The notes beneath the pieces were generated by a model. That model was given only the letters and a program-made list of their open reading frames with translations, searched no databases and had not been told where the DNA came from. The translations under genes were made by a program, and so were the position numbers. DNA of 64,000 bases from positions 10,593 through 74,592 of the forward strand of contig CAZGOG010000004.1 in NCBI GenBank assembly GCA_964527555.1, in the 5' to 3' direction. Of the stretch, positions 18,958-27,202 are shown piece by piece (the first letter of the stretch is position 1; each line of letters opens with the position of its first letter). Source of the DNA: an uncultured Planctomycetia bacterium (GTDB taxonomy: Bacteria; Omnitrophota; Gorgyraeia; Tantalellales; Tantalellaceae).

Positions 18958-20589
18958 ATGCAGCTAAAACTTGAAAGACTTAAGAATTTTACCCCCAGAA
19001 AGGGGCCGCTTCTTTTAATCATCATGGACGGTGTGGGGATGGGTAAGGAGGATGAGACCAACGGCGTGTACGTTGCCAAGACGCCGTGCCTGGATAAACT
19101 CTTTAAGAGTAAACTTTTCACTACACTCCAGGCTCACGGTACCGCGGTCGGCCTTCCCTCGGATGATGATATGGGGAACAGTGAAGTCGGACACAACGCT
19201 TTAGGTGCCGGAAGAGTGTTCGCGCAAGGAGCGAAACGGGTAAATGTGGCGATAAGAGACGGATCTATCTTTAAAAGCGATGTCTGGAAGAAACTCGTTT
19301 CAAGAGTCAAGGAAAAGGGAAGCACCTTTCACTTGATAGGACTTTTATCGGACGGCAACGTCCACTCTAATATCAAGCAGCTCTTCGACATGGTGAGGCG
19401 CCTTGCGGAAGAAGGAGTGAAGCGCGTGCGAATTCATGCGCTTTTAGACGGACGCGACGTGCCTGAGAAGTCCGCCCTCACTTATATAGACATGACGGAA
19501 GAAGTGCTTGATAAAGTGCGCAAAGATAAAGGTTATGATTACAGGATCGCTTCCGGCGGGGGACGCATGGTCACGACCATGGACAGGTATGAGGCTGACT
19601 GGTCAGTTGTAAAGCGGGGCTGGGATGCCCATGTCCTCGGCAAGGCGAGACAGTTTCCTTCCGCTGGCGCAGCCGTTCAGACATATTATGACGAGGATCC
19701 CGGTATGACGGATCAGTATATGGACTCTTTCGTTGTAGCCGAGGGTGGCGAACCCGTAGGCCGCATATTAGACGGCGATTCTGTTGTCTTTTTTAATTTT
19801 AGAGGCGACCGGGCTATTGAGATATCCCGGGCTTTTGAGGAGAAAGATTTTAAATTCTTTGACCGCGAAAGGTATCCCGATATTCTTTATGCGGGGATGC
19901 TGCAATATGACGAGGATACGCACATACCTAAGTATTATCTTGTTGAGCCGCCTGAGATTGATAAAACAGTGAGTGAATACTTATGCACCGCCGGAGTAAG
20001 GATGTTCGCTATCAGCGAGACGCAGAAGTTCGGGCATGTGACGTATTTCTGGAATGGGAACAAGTCCGGGTACGTTTGCAAGGAGCTTGAAGAATATTAC
20101 GAAATACCGTCGGATAAAGTGCAGTTCGACAAGGCCCCGAAGATGAAAGCGCCTGAGATAACGGAGAAGACCACGGGACTCTTAAAAAGCGGGAAGTTCC
20201 GGTTCGGCAGGCTGAATTTCGCAAACGGGGATATGGTGGGGCATACTGCTGTAGTGCCGGCTATTATAAAGGCTATGGAGACGGTGGACTCCTGCGTCGA
20301 GAAACTTCTTGATGTAGTAAAAGCGCTTGATGGGATAGCAATAGTTACCGCTGATCACGGCAATTCAGAGGAGATGTTCACCTATAAAGAAGGCAAGAAA
20401 GTCGTTCCCAAGACGGCTCACACATTGAATCCGGTACCTTTTATCATATATGACCCCGGGTATGCGGGAGAATACAGTATGGCCGATATTCCCGAAAAAG
20501 GGCTTTCGAATGTGGCTGGGACTATCCTGAATCTTTTGGGGTACGAGAACGTCAAGGACTATGATCCACCCCTTATAACGTTTAATTAA
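18958..20589 (+). CDS. gpmI: 2,3-bisphosphoglycerate-independent phosphoglycerate mutase
   Basis: Carries MGNSEVGHNALGAGRV, a C-terminal ADHGN and is 543 aa. Confidence 0.9.
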   Translation: MQLKLERLKNFTPRKGPLLLIIMDGVGMGKEDETNGVYVAKTPCLDKLFKSKLFTTLQAHGTAVGLPSDDDMGNSEVGHNALGAGRVFAQGAKRVNVAIRDGSIFKSDVWKKLVSRVKEKGSTFHLIGLLSDGNVHSNIKQLFDMVRRLAEEGVKRVRIHALLDGRDVPEKSALTYIDMTEEVLDKVRKDKGYDYRIASGGGRMVTTMDRYEADWSVVKRGWDAHVLGKARQFPSAGAAVQTYYDEDPGMTDQYMDSFVVAEGGEPVGRILDGDSVVFFNFRGDRAIEISRAFEEKDFKFFDRERYPDILYAGMLQYDEDTHIPKYYLVEPPEIDKTVSEYLCTAGVRMFAISETQKFGHVTYFWNGNKSGYVCKELEEYYEIPSDKVQFDKAPKMKAPEITEKTTGLLKSGKFRFGRLNFANGDMVGHTAVVPAIIKAMETVDSCVEKLLDVVKALDGIAIVTADHGNSEEMFTYKEGKKVVPKTAHTLNPVPFIIYDPGYAGEYSMADIPEKGLSNVAGTILNLLGYENVKDYDPPLITFN

Positions 20590-20590
20590 C

Positions 20591-20619
20591 TTGACTATAA
20601 AAGAGACAAGTACTAAAAT
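20591..20619 (+). promoter_or_regulatory. sigma70-like promoter for tRNA-Leu (TTGACT-17-TAAAAT)
   Basis: ttgact at 20591-20596, a 17-nt spacer, taaaat at 20614-20619. The tRNA begins at 20645. Confidence 0.5.
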
Positions 20620-20644
20620 TATTTTTTCAAAGTCTCGAAACCTT

Positions 20645-20732
20645 GCCGGAGTGGTGGAATTGGCAGACGCGCTGGACTCAAAATCCAGTGGGGTATCCCC
20701 CCATGTGGGTTCGACTCCCACCTCCGGCACCA
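20645..20732 (+). tRNA. tRNA-Leu (anticodon CAA), long variable arm, encoded CCA
   Basis: Acceptor GCCGGAG pairs with CTCCGGC. The anticodon stem CTGGA/TCCAG closes a CTCAAAA loop, and the T-arm is GGTTCGACTCC. 88 nt. Confidence 0.9.
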
Positions 20733-20750
20733 TGGTTCGACGCGCAAAAA

Positions 20751-20776
20751 AGCCTGTTCAAAAACAGGCTTTTTTG
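20751..20776 (+). terminator. rho-independent terminator after tRNA-Leu
   Basis: A 7-bp stem (AGCCTGT ... ACAGGCT) with a 6-nt loop, followed by TTTTTT. Confidence 0.7.
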
Positions 20777-20901
20777 CTTGCTCACCATTTGTGCTCAGAG
20801 GAGTCGAACCATGATCCCGAGCAAGCTAAATATTCTGACGATAGGAAGAATATTTAGCGCGCCGAGGGACAATCTACACAGCTCTCGAACAGCGAAGCAG
20901 A

Positions 20902-20917
20902 CCCACCTCCGGCACCA
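20902..20917 (+). repeat. 16-bp perfect direct repeat of the tRNA-Leu 3-prime end (CCCACCTCCGGCACCA)
   Basis: It is identical to 20717-20732. An inverted copy of the T-arm core (GGAGTCGAACC) lies between them at 20791-20801. Confidence 0.7.
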
Positions 20918-21134
20918 CTATTAAAATTCGGACCTTTGGCCGGCGGTAATAGGTCAACCGCCGCCTTCGGCCCCTTCGGGCTGCTGGTAAACGCAGCCGA
21001 ATTTTTTTGAGAGGGAACCGATGGTTCCCTCTCAACGCCCGCCTTCGGCGGGCTGCTCACCCTCCTTTATAGGTAAGACGGGTGTAAACCCATGGGGCTC
21101 CACTTTTTAACAAACACAAAAAACCCGATTTAGG

Positions 21135-21163
21135 TTGACACATATAAAAAAAAGAGGTAACTT
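21135..21163 (+). promoter_or_regulatory. candidate promoter (TTGACA-17-TAACTT) in the 600-bp intergenic region
   Basis: ttgaca at 21135-21140, a 17-nt spacer, taactt at 21158-21163. Confidence 0.35.
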
Positions 21164-21244
21164 AAATTCAAGAAGTGTTATGACTCCCTAGAAATGGACA
21201 TTTTAAAGGGATGACCCATGAAAAGCAGATATTTCAGATAATAA

Positions 21245-21285
21245 GGGCAATACGCAACTCTGGATAGTGTATTGTCCTTTTTTTT
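21245..21285 (+). terminator. intrinsic terminator / attenuator hairpin 50 nt upstream of the subtilase gene
   Basis: GGGCAATAC plus a 15-nt loop plus GTATTGTCC (9 bp with one G-U pair), followed by TTTTTTTT. Confidence 0.55.
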
Positions 21286-21334
21286 ATGAAGAGTTTATAC
21301 GAGGCACAAAATCTATTGAAATAAGGAGAGAAAA

Positions 21335-24300
21335 ATGAGGATTCAAAAAATATACAAGCTATTTTTAGGGATTTCTATAATAAGTCTGTTCGTATTATCT
21401 TTAATGATGCCTGAAGCTGCGGCAGTTGAGACCTACGACGTGATAAGATTTATTGCTCCGGTAGATGGGGATACATGGACTTATACGGGCGACGCGGAAA
21501 TGACTGTGACCGTGGATGGCACAAAGAATATATCGGGAGTGCCGGTGACATGTTACAGTTATAACGGCGGCCAGGCGGGAGGAGAAGAGGACGGCTCGGA
21601 GGAATATCAGATTATTGACCTAGAGGGTATAAACAGTTATGGTGTCGGGGCCCGGGATGATAACGGAGACTGGCTGGAGATGATTTTTGACGCGCCGCTT
21701 TCAATAGCGCCGAGATATGTAGAGTTAGGAGAGACTTATTACGGCAGCACGACTTATACGATATTTACGTATAAAATCCAGATAACTTCCAGTTTTACGG
21801 TTGATGAAGTGGAGGATGTCACTCTTCCCTCCGGAGTTGCCTACAAAGACGCATTAAAAGTTACAATGACACTTCATATGGAGAACTCTCTTCTTGGAAT
21901 AAATGAGACTTCAGGATACGAAAGCTGGAATGTAAGCGGTCTGGGGCCGGTTAAAGTCGTAAATACTATACTTCCGGCGGAACCCGAAGAGTCATACCTT
22001 GAAAGTGCTACAGTGCATCACGATTCCGGATATAAGAAGGCGGAGGTGTTTTCCGCACCTGACGGGGAAGGGTATTTTTATTATCAGTATCGTGATGAGG
22101 ATTATAATGGCCAGGGTTTCGGCAGAGTAAGCAGGAAACAGAGACCGGATACGAGCTATACAACATTCGAGGGCTATTATGAAAGAGCCGGTTCTAACCT
22201 TGACGGGTACCTTGAGAAAAACGGCGGGAAGATAGCTGATGAAGACAGCATCCTTATGCAGGGTTCTCATGCGGTTAAGGTAACCCCTAAACTTAACTCT
22301 TCAGACGTAAGATATGAAATACCGAATTATGCCGATTATGCGGGAGAGACTGTGACTTTTTCATGCTGGGTGCGTTCCTCGGGAGAAAGAGCGGCATGTA
22401 TTGAAATAAGGGACGGTTCGACTATCACCAGATCCGAGAGGCATTCCGGTAGCGGCGGATGGGAGCTTCTTACAATCACGCATACGGTAGCTAATGACCC
22501 GGCATATTTAAGGCTTAGATTTATTCCGGATAAAAGAGACGGGGATGATATCGCTTATTTTGACAATGCGATGTTCGGCAAGCCTTCTCTTCCGGGTAAG
22601 AACCTTCTTTTTAACAACGATTTTGAGTATTGGCATACGGCAGATGCGGACCAGGCGAAATATGTCAAAGAATATAATGAAAACGGTCTTATCGTAAAGT
22701 CCAGTGAGTATTATTCAGACGGTACGCTGTTTCGCCAGACGCTTTTTGATGGTTATTATGACGGTTCCCCTTCGGGGCTCGACGGCTGGGAAGTTGCCAA
22801 CGGGGGCAGCTTGGATGATGAAACTGCCACCGTGAGATCCGAGTCTCATTCCGCAGAAGTGGCAGCGGACCTGGTATCTTCAGACTTAAGATACGAAGTT
22901 TTGCACTACACGGATTATGCAGGCGCAGAAATCACTTTTTCGTGCTGGGTGTATTCCGAGGCGGCAAATTCAGCTCTTATCGAAGTAAGAGACGGCTCAA
23001 GCGTTACAAGATCCGCGTATCATTCGGGTTCCGGCGCCTGGGAGCTTCTCACAGTCACTCATACCGTCTCAGGATCTCCCGATTATCTAAGGTTTAGACT
23101 CATCCCTGATAAAAACGACGGGAATGATCCCGCCTGTTTTGATGATGCGGCATTCGAAAGAAGCGCCGATCCTGGAAACGACCTCTTTTTAAACAGCGGT
23201 TTTGAACACTGGTATGCTCCGGGTGATGATCAAGCCAGATACGTTACCGAGCGTGGGGCGGGCGGCGCTTTTATCAGTAGATGCGAATATTATTCCGACG
23301 GCACGCTTCATAAGCAAACATGCGACGAGGGTGAAGCTGTTTACTCCTGGTATGCGCCCAGCGGCAGGATGCACACTAAAGAGCTGCTTCTTGAGAACGG
23401 TGACCCCGCGGGGACGATATACGAGTATAGCGATGAAGACTGGAACTGCAGTAATTACGGCAGATTGATCAAAAAGACTGGGCCCAGCGGGACATATACG
23501 GTATTTGAAAATTATTTTGATTGCACCCGTTTTGGACTTGATGGATGGGAGATTGGAAACTTTGCTTCTTTCGCGGATGAGACTTCTACGGTGAGAGGAG
23601 GTTCGCATTCTACTAAAGTCAATGCTACGCTCACTTGTTCAGATATGAGATATGAAGGGGCAAACTATATGGATTATGCAGGTGAGGAAATCACTTTTTC
23701 GTGCTGGGTGTATTCCGAGGCGGCAAATTCAGCTCTTATCGAAGTAAGAGACGGCTCAAGCGTTACAAGATCCGCGTATCATTCGGGTTCCGGCGCCTGG
23801 GAGCTTCTCACAGTCACTCATACCGTCTCAGGATCTCCCGATTATCTAAGGTTTAGACTCATCCCTGATAAAAACGATGGGAATGATTCCGCCTATTTTG
23901 ATGATGCGACTTTTGAGCGAAGCGCCGATCCCGGGAATAACCTCCTTTTCAACAGCGGCTTTGAGCATTGGCGCGCTCCGGCGACCGACCAGGCGAGATA
24001 CGTAAAAGAGTATGCAGCGGACGATACTTTGCTTGAAACGTACGAATACTATTCTGACGGTACGCTGTATGAGTATTTGAATTTTGGGCCCAGTTCGCTG
24101 GTTTTAGAGGAGGGATTACAGTTTAATGAGGTAGCTGATCCCCCCTTACCGGAAAGCGTGGAGTATTTCTATGGGAGGATAGACGAGCTTAAAGCTGTTT
24201 CGGATGGACGCGGTGTCACAATTGCAATACTTGATACGGGGTTAGATACAGGCCGCCTTGATATTGATGTCATCGGCGGATTTGATTTTGCAGGGGAAAA

Positions 24301-25033
24301 CTGCTTTGACGGATTTTCCGATAGCGATTATACCGACTTTATAGGGCACGGCACTTTTACAGCCAGTGTCATTAAAGGTGAAGATGCGAGGGGAGTTGCC
24401 CCGGAGGCCGATATTCTTTCGGTTAAGGTGTTTGATAACCAGGGTGGGACGACTTCAGGCATTGTCGCCCGGGCGATCCGTTACGCGGCGGATATGGGCG
24501 CAAAAATCATAGCGATGCCGTTCAGTCTACTTCCGATAAACGGCCAGGTTGAAAGTGCTATTGACTATGCTACCGGCAAAGGCGCTATATTAATAGCTTC
24601 AGCAGGCAACGAGGGAAGTGAAGTAGAGGATACAAGCCTTGCGGCAAATGGTAAAGTTATCACGGTAGGCGCAGCTGATAATAACGGAAAAATGTCGGCG
24701 TGGAGCAATTACGGAAGTGAACTGGACCTTCTGGCGCCCTGGGATGTTGTGACCCTGGAAGAGGGAGGGGCGGGGACTTCTTTCTCGGCGGCCTTTGTAG
24801 CCGGTCTTACGGCGCTCATGCTTTCTGAGAATCCGGATATGACTGAGGAAGACGTGATTGAAGAACTCAAGGCTCTTACATCTGGCTTTGATATGGGAGG
24901 CGCAGAAGAAATCAAAGGCGCCGCTTATAATGACGTCATCTCCATGCAGGAAGCAGAAAGCAAAAACCGCACTGACTTTACCGGGTATTCGCCGGAGATG
25001 GATATTTATGTCGCGCCCGGCGCCGAGCATTAA
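21335..25033 (+). CDS. secreted modular subtilisin-like serine protease (peptidase S8) with three ~250-aa N-terminal repeat modules (YD-repeat-like motif + CBM4/9-like beta-sandwich)
   Basis: Signal peptide with AAAVE. Each repeat carries ...SHS..V......SDLRYE..NY.DYAGE.ITFSCWV.S.....ALIEVRDGSSVTRSAYHSGSGAWELLTVTHTV...PDYLRFRLIPDKNDG. Each also carries EYYSDGTL and YEYSDEDWN..NYGRL motifs. The C-terminal S8 triad is D(TIAILDTG), H(HGTFTAS), S(GTSFSAAFVAG). Confidence 0.85.
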   Translation: MRIQKIYKLFLGISIISLFVLSLMMPEAAAVETYDVIRFIAPVDGDTWTYTGDAEMTVTVDGTKNISGVPVTCYSYNGGQAGGEEDGSEEYQIIDLEGINSYGVGARDDNGDWLEMIFDAPLSIAPRYVELGETYYGSTTYTIFTYKIQITSSFTVDEVEDVTLPSGVAYKDALKVTMTLHMENSLLGINETSGYESWNVSGLGPVKVVNTILPAEPEESYLESATVHHDSGYKKAEVFSAPDGEGYFYYQYRDEDYNGQGFGRVSRKQRPDTSYTTFEGYYERAGSNLDGYLEKNGGKIADEDSILMQGSHAVKVTPKLNSSDVRYEIPNYADYAGETVTFSCWVRSSGERAACIEIRDGSTITRSERHSGSGGWELLTITHTVANDPAYLRLRFIPDKRDGDDIAYFDNAMFGKPSLPGKNLLFNNDFEYWHTADADQAKYVKEYNENGLIVKSSEYYSDGTLFRQTLFDGYYDGSPSGLDGWEVANGGSLDDETATVRSESHSAEVAADLVSSDLRYEVLHYTDYAGAEITFSCWVYSEAANSALIEVRDGSSVTRSAYHSGSGAWELLTVTHTVSGSPDYLRFRLIPDKNDGNDPACFDDAAFERSADPGNDLFLNSGFEHWYAPGDDQARYVTERGAGGAFISRCEYYSDGTLHKQTCDEGEAVYSWYAPSGRMHTKELLLENGDPAGTIYEYSDEDWNCSNYGRLIKKTGPSGTYTVFENYFDCTRFGLDGWEIGNFASFADETSTVRGGSHSTKVNATLTCSDMRYEGANYMDYAGEEITFSCWVYSEAANSALIEVRDGSSVTRSAYHSGSGAWELLTVTHTVSGSPDYLRFRLIPDKNDGNDSAYFDDATFERSADPGNNLLFNSGFEHWRAPATDQARYVKEYAADDTLLETYEYYSDGTLYEYLNFGPSSLVLEEGLQFNEVADPPLPESVEYFYGRIDELKAVSDGRGVTIAILDTGLDTGRLDIDVIGGFDFAGENCFDGFSDSDYTDFIGHGTFTASVIKGEDARGVAPEADILSVKVFDNQGGTTSGIVARAIRYAADMGAKIIAMPFSLLPINGQVESAIDYATGKGAILIASAGNEGSEVEDTSLAANGKVITVGAADNNGKMSAWSNYGSELDLLAPWDVVTLEEGGAGTSFSAAFVAGLTALMLSENPDMTEEDVIEELKALTSGFDMGGAEEIKGAAYNDVISMQEAESKNRTDFTGYSPEMDIYVAPGAEH
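22928..23118 (+). repeat. 191-bp perfect intragenic direct repeat, copy A (copy B at 23687-23877, period 759 bp)
   Basis: The DNA is identical between the second and third protease repeat modules. The flanks are about 75-85% identical. Confidence 0.8.
23687..23877 (+). repeat. 191-bp perfect intragenic direct repeat, copy B
   Basis: Identical to 22928-23118. Confidence 0.8.
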
Positions 25034-25087
25034 CCCTATCGGTTATTATCTATTCTGAAAAATTCCTGGGGATAAGACCAAAAACTA

Positions 25088-25116
25088 TTGACATCGTTTT
25101 ATGGCGATGTTATATT
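25088..25116 (+). promoter_or_regulatory. near-consensus sigma70 promoter for tRNA-Ala (TTGACA-17-TATATT)
   Basis: ttgaca at 25088-25093, a 17-nt spacer, tatatt at 25111-25116. The tRNA starts at 25139. Confidence 0.6.
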
Positions 25117-25138
25117 TGTTTTTCAGCAGACACCAAGT

Positions 25139-25214
25139 GGGGCTGTAGCTCAGCTGGGAGAGCGCGTGCATGGCATGCATGAGGTCAGGGGTTCGATCCC
25201 CCTCAGCTCCACCA
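25139..25214 (+). tRNA. tRNA-Ala (anticodon GGC) with G3:U70 identity pair and encoded CCA
   Basis: The acceptor GGGGCTG pairs with CAGCTCC, giving a G3:U70 pair. The anticodon loop ATGGCAT gives GGC. The T-arm is AGGGG-TTCGATC-CCCCT. Confidence 0.9.
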
Positions 25215-25335
25215 TCCTTCGACGCGCCAAAAAACCTCTTAGGTTATACTGGAAAGGTTTTTTGGCTTGCTCAGGATGTGGTGAGCAAGGCTCTCGACTA
25301 CGCTCAGGCCGCGCCGAACCACAATAATACCGGCT

Positions 25336-25614
25336 ATGTGGTATGTATATATACTAAAATGTGCAGACAGCACGCTTTACACAGGCGTTAATATCGATAT
25401 TTCCCGACGAGTAAAGCGGCATAACGCGAGAATAGGCGGCACTTATACCCGAACTCGTGTGCCCGTTGCTTTGGCTTACTCTGAAGAATGTCCCAGTTAT
25501 TCGGCAGCTCTTAAACGTGAAGCTCAGATCAAACGTTGGACAAAAAAGAAGAAGCTTGCGTTAATAGCTGGCGATGTCTCTTATCTGCACGAATTGAGCA
25601 AATCCTGCGATTAA
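25336..25614 (+). CDS. GIY-YIG nuclease family protein (YhbQ/UPF0213-like)
   Basis: WYVYILKCADSTLYTGVNIDISRRVKRHN is a classic GIY-YIG N-terminal motif. The protein is 92 aa. Confidence 0.7.
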   Translation: MWYVYILKCADSTLYTGVNIDISRRVKRHNARIGGTYTRTRVPVALAYSEECPSYSAALKREAQIKRWTKKKKLALIAGDVSYLHELSKSCD

Positions 25615-25622
25615 TTTCAAGT

Positions 25623-26273
25623 CTAAGGCAGAAACTCTTCCTCAAGTGCGGAAAGCGCTTCTTGCAGGAAATCCGTCAAAAGCTTCTCCTTTTTATCCAG
25701 ACTCTCTCCGCCCGGTTTTGCAGAAAGCTGAAAAGTGAACGCGGAGTTTCTCCTTTTCACGATAGAGTCAAGTACGTTTATTATCCTGAACTCTAAAAGG
25801 TCAGCTACATATCTTCGGTTTATCCTGTAACTGTAAAACATAAGTATTTTACTGCCGTTTTTTTGCGCAAGTATTTTTTTGAGCGGAACACGAGGGCTTT
25901 TTTCATCGTTTAGGATTATCATTTCATCCCCCAGGCTTTTAAACGACCAGCCGGATCCGACCCAGCATAGCTGAGGAGCGTGGGGAGTTTTGTCTTTTTT
26001 TGTGTATTCAAAATAAGCGAGATACAACTCGACTTTTTCGCCCTCCTTGTTTTTATACTCGCGGATCAGTATATCATCCGCTCCGAGATAAGTCGCCAGG
26101 TAATCTGAGCTGGTTTGTTCTTTGCCCTGCCACTCGCCGAGCTCGAAAGGAAAATATAAAAATGCTTTTCTAAGAGGAACAGGCTTACCCTCCGGAATAA
26201 AATTAATGTACAAAATAGAGGCAATCAGGATCAGCCATGATGCGAGTATGATTATAGTTTTTGAGAGTTTCAT
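25623..26273 (-). CDS. epsI: exosortase-associated EpsI-family protein
   Basis: 216 aa with an N-terminal anchor and a His-x-Pro...Cys region (HAPQLCW). It is translationally coupled (ATGA overlap) to the upstream exosortase gene. Confidence 0.65.
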   Translation of the reverse strand: MKLSKTIIILASWLILIASILYINFIPEGKPVPLRKAFLYFPFELGEWQGKEQTSSDYLATYLGADDILIREYKNKEGEKVELYLAYFEYTKKDKTPHAPQLCWVGSGWSFKSLGDEMIILNDEKSPRVPLKKILAQKNGSKILMFYSYRINRRYVADLLEFRIINVLDSIVKRRNSAFTFQLSAKPGGESLDKKEKLLTDFLQEALSALEEEFLP

Positions 26274-27082
26274 TAAGTCTTCCTCGATAAAAGGTCGTTT
26301 ATCGTAAAAAGTATTAAAAAGCCTATTATAAGAACCACTATGCCGGTCGTGTCATGGATGGAGGGGAGAATTTCCTGAAGGTTACGCATGTAAGCGATAT
26401 ACGCCGTTGAGACCAGTCTTACCGTATTCATGAGGACCGCTAGGATTATACTCGATATAAAAAGAAGCACTCTATTCTTAATATTTTTCTGAAATATATA
26501 TCCCAGGGCTAATGATATCGCCATGAACACTATAAGACTTCTTAAGCCGCTGCAGGGGGTTGCAACTACCAGTTTGCAGGAAGGGAGGTTTATTATGTTC
26601 CCTTCGCGCATAGCGCTGATACCGAAAAGTTTTATGAAGAAAAAAGCCAGGCGTGTACTGAACAGCCTCAGGTGAAACGTGATCGTTGTGTACACAAGCT
26701 GAGGCAGGGGTATCATAAAAACAAGATACGATATGGAAAAGGCGGTTTTTTTTGCCATTTCCCTGCCTGCCTGGGCGTAGACAAGGCCGAATAACACTAT
26801 CAACATGGAAAAGCATTGCAGGAAGAACTGGTATCCCATCCTTGCTGAGATGTACAGGATCACGCCGGAGAGAATAAACAAGACGCCTGAAGCCGAAGGA
26901 GAAATCCGTGTGTTTTTCAAGCTTTCCCTGTTCCTCCATAGGAAATAGATCGAAAGAATGGGGATAAAGAACCCGTGAGAATAATCCTCAACTGTCATCC
27001 ATTCTGTAACAAGCTCGGGGAATAGAGGCAGATACAACAGGGTAAAGAGGACTATATTTGTGGCAAGCTGGACATAACCCAT
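26273..27082 (-). CDS. xrt: exosortase (PEP-CTERM protein-sorting transpeptidase, Xrt family)
   Basis: A polytopic membrane protein with the N-terminal EDYSHGFFIP motif, an active-site-like Cys in ATPCSGLRSL, and a conserved N..R (LMNTVRL). Confidence 0.8.
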   Translation of the reverse strand: MGYVQLATNIVLFTLLYLPLFPELVTEWMTVEDYSHGFFIPILSIYFLWRNRESLKNTRISPSASGVLFILSGVILYISARMGYQFFLQCFSMLIVLFGLVYAQAGREMAKKTAFSISYLVFMIPLPQLVYTTITFHLRLFSTRLAFFFIKLFGISAMREGNIINLPSCKLVVATPCSGLRSLIVFMAISLALGYIFQKNIKNRVLLFISSIILAVLMNTVRLVSTAYIAYMRNLQEILPSIHDTTGIVVLIIGFLILFTINDLLSRKT

Positions 27083-27202
27083 TTGGTGTTAGTATATACT
27101 TAAGTGCGGGCAAAGGCAAATTCTCCGGTTTTGTGACGCAAACATGGTTTCTGGGTCAGGAAATTTTTGATTTTTAATATTTGAAAGAGTATACTCCTTA
27201 TA

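Noticed and set aside
20780-20830. Second tRNA on the minus strand (GGAGTCGAACC T-arm-like sequence)
   Set aside because: The flanking bases cannot form T-stem or acceptor pairing. It is a tRNA fragment, so it is treated as integration debris.
20591-20924. ORFs 20591..20857 and 20643..20924 (+) and 20365..20733 (-)
   Set aside because: They overlap the tRNA-Leu gene and its terminator or repeat region. They are spurious frames.
25088-25391. ORFs 25088..25327 and 25170..25391 (+)
   Set aside because: They overlap the tRNA-Ala gene and its promoter. No coding signal is present.
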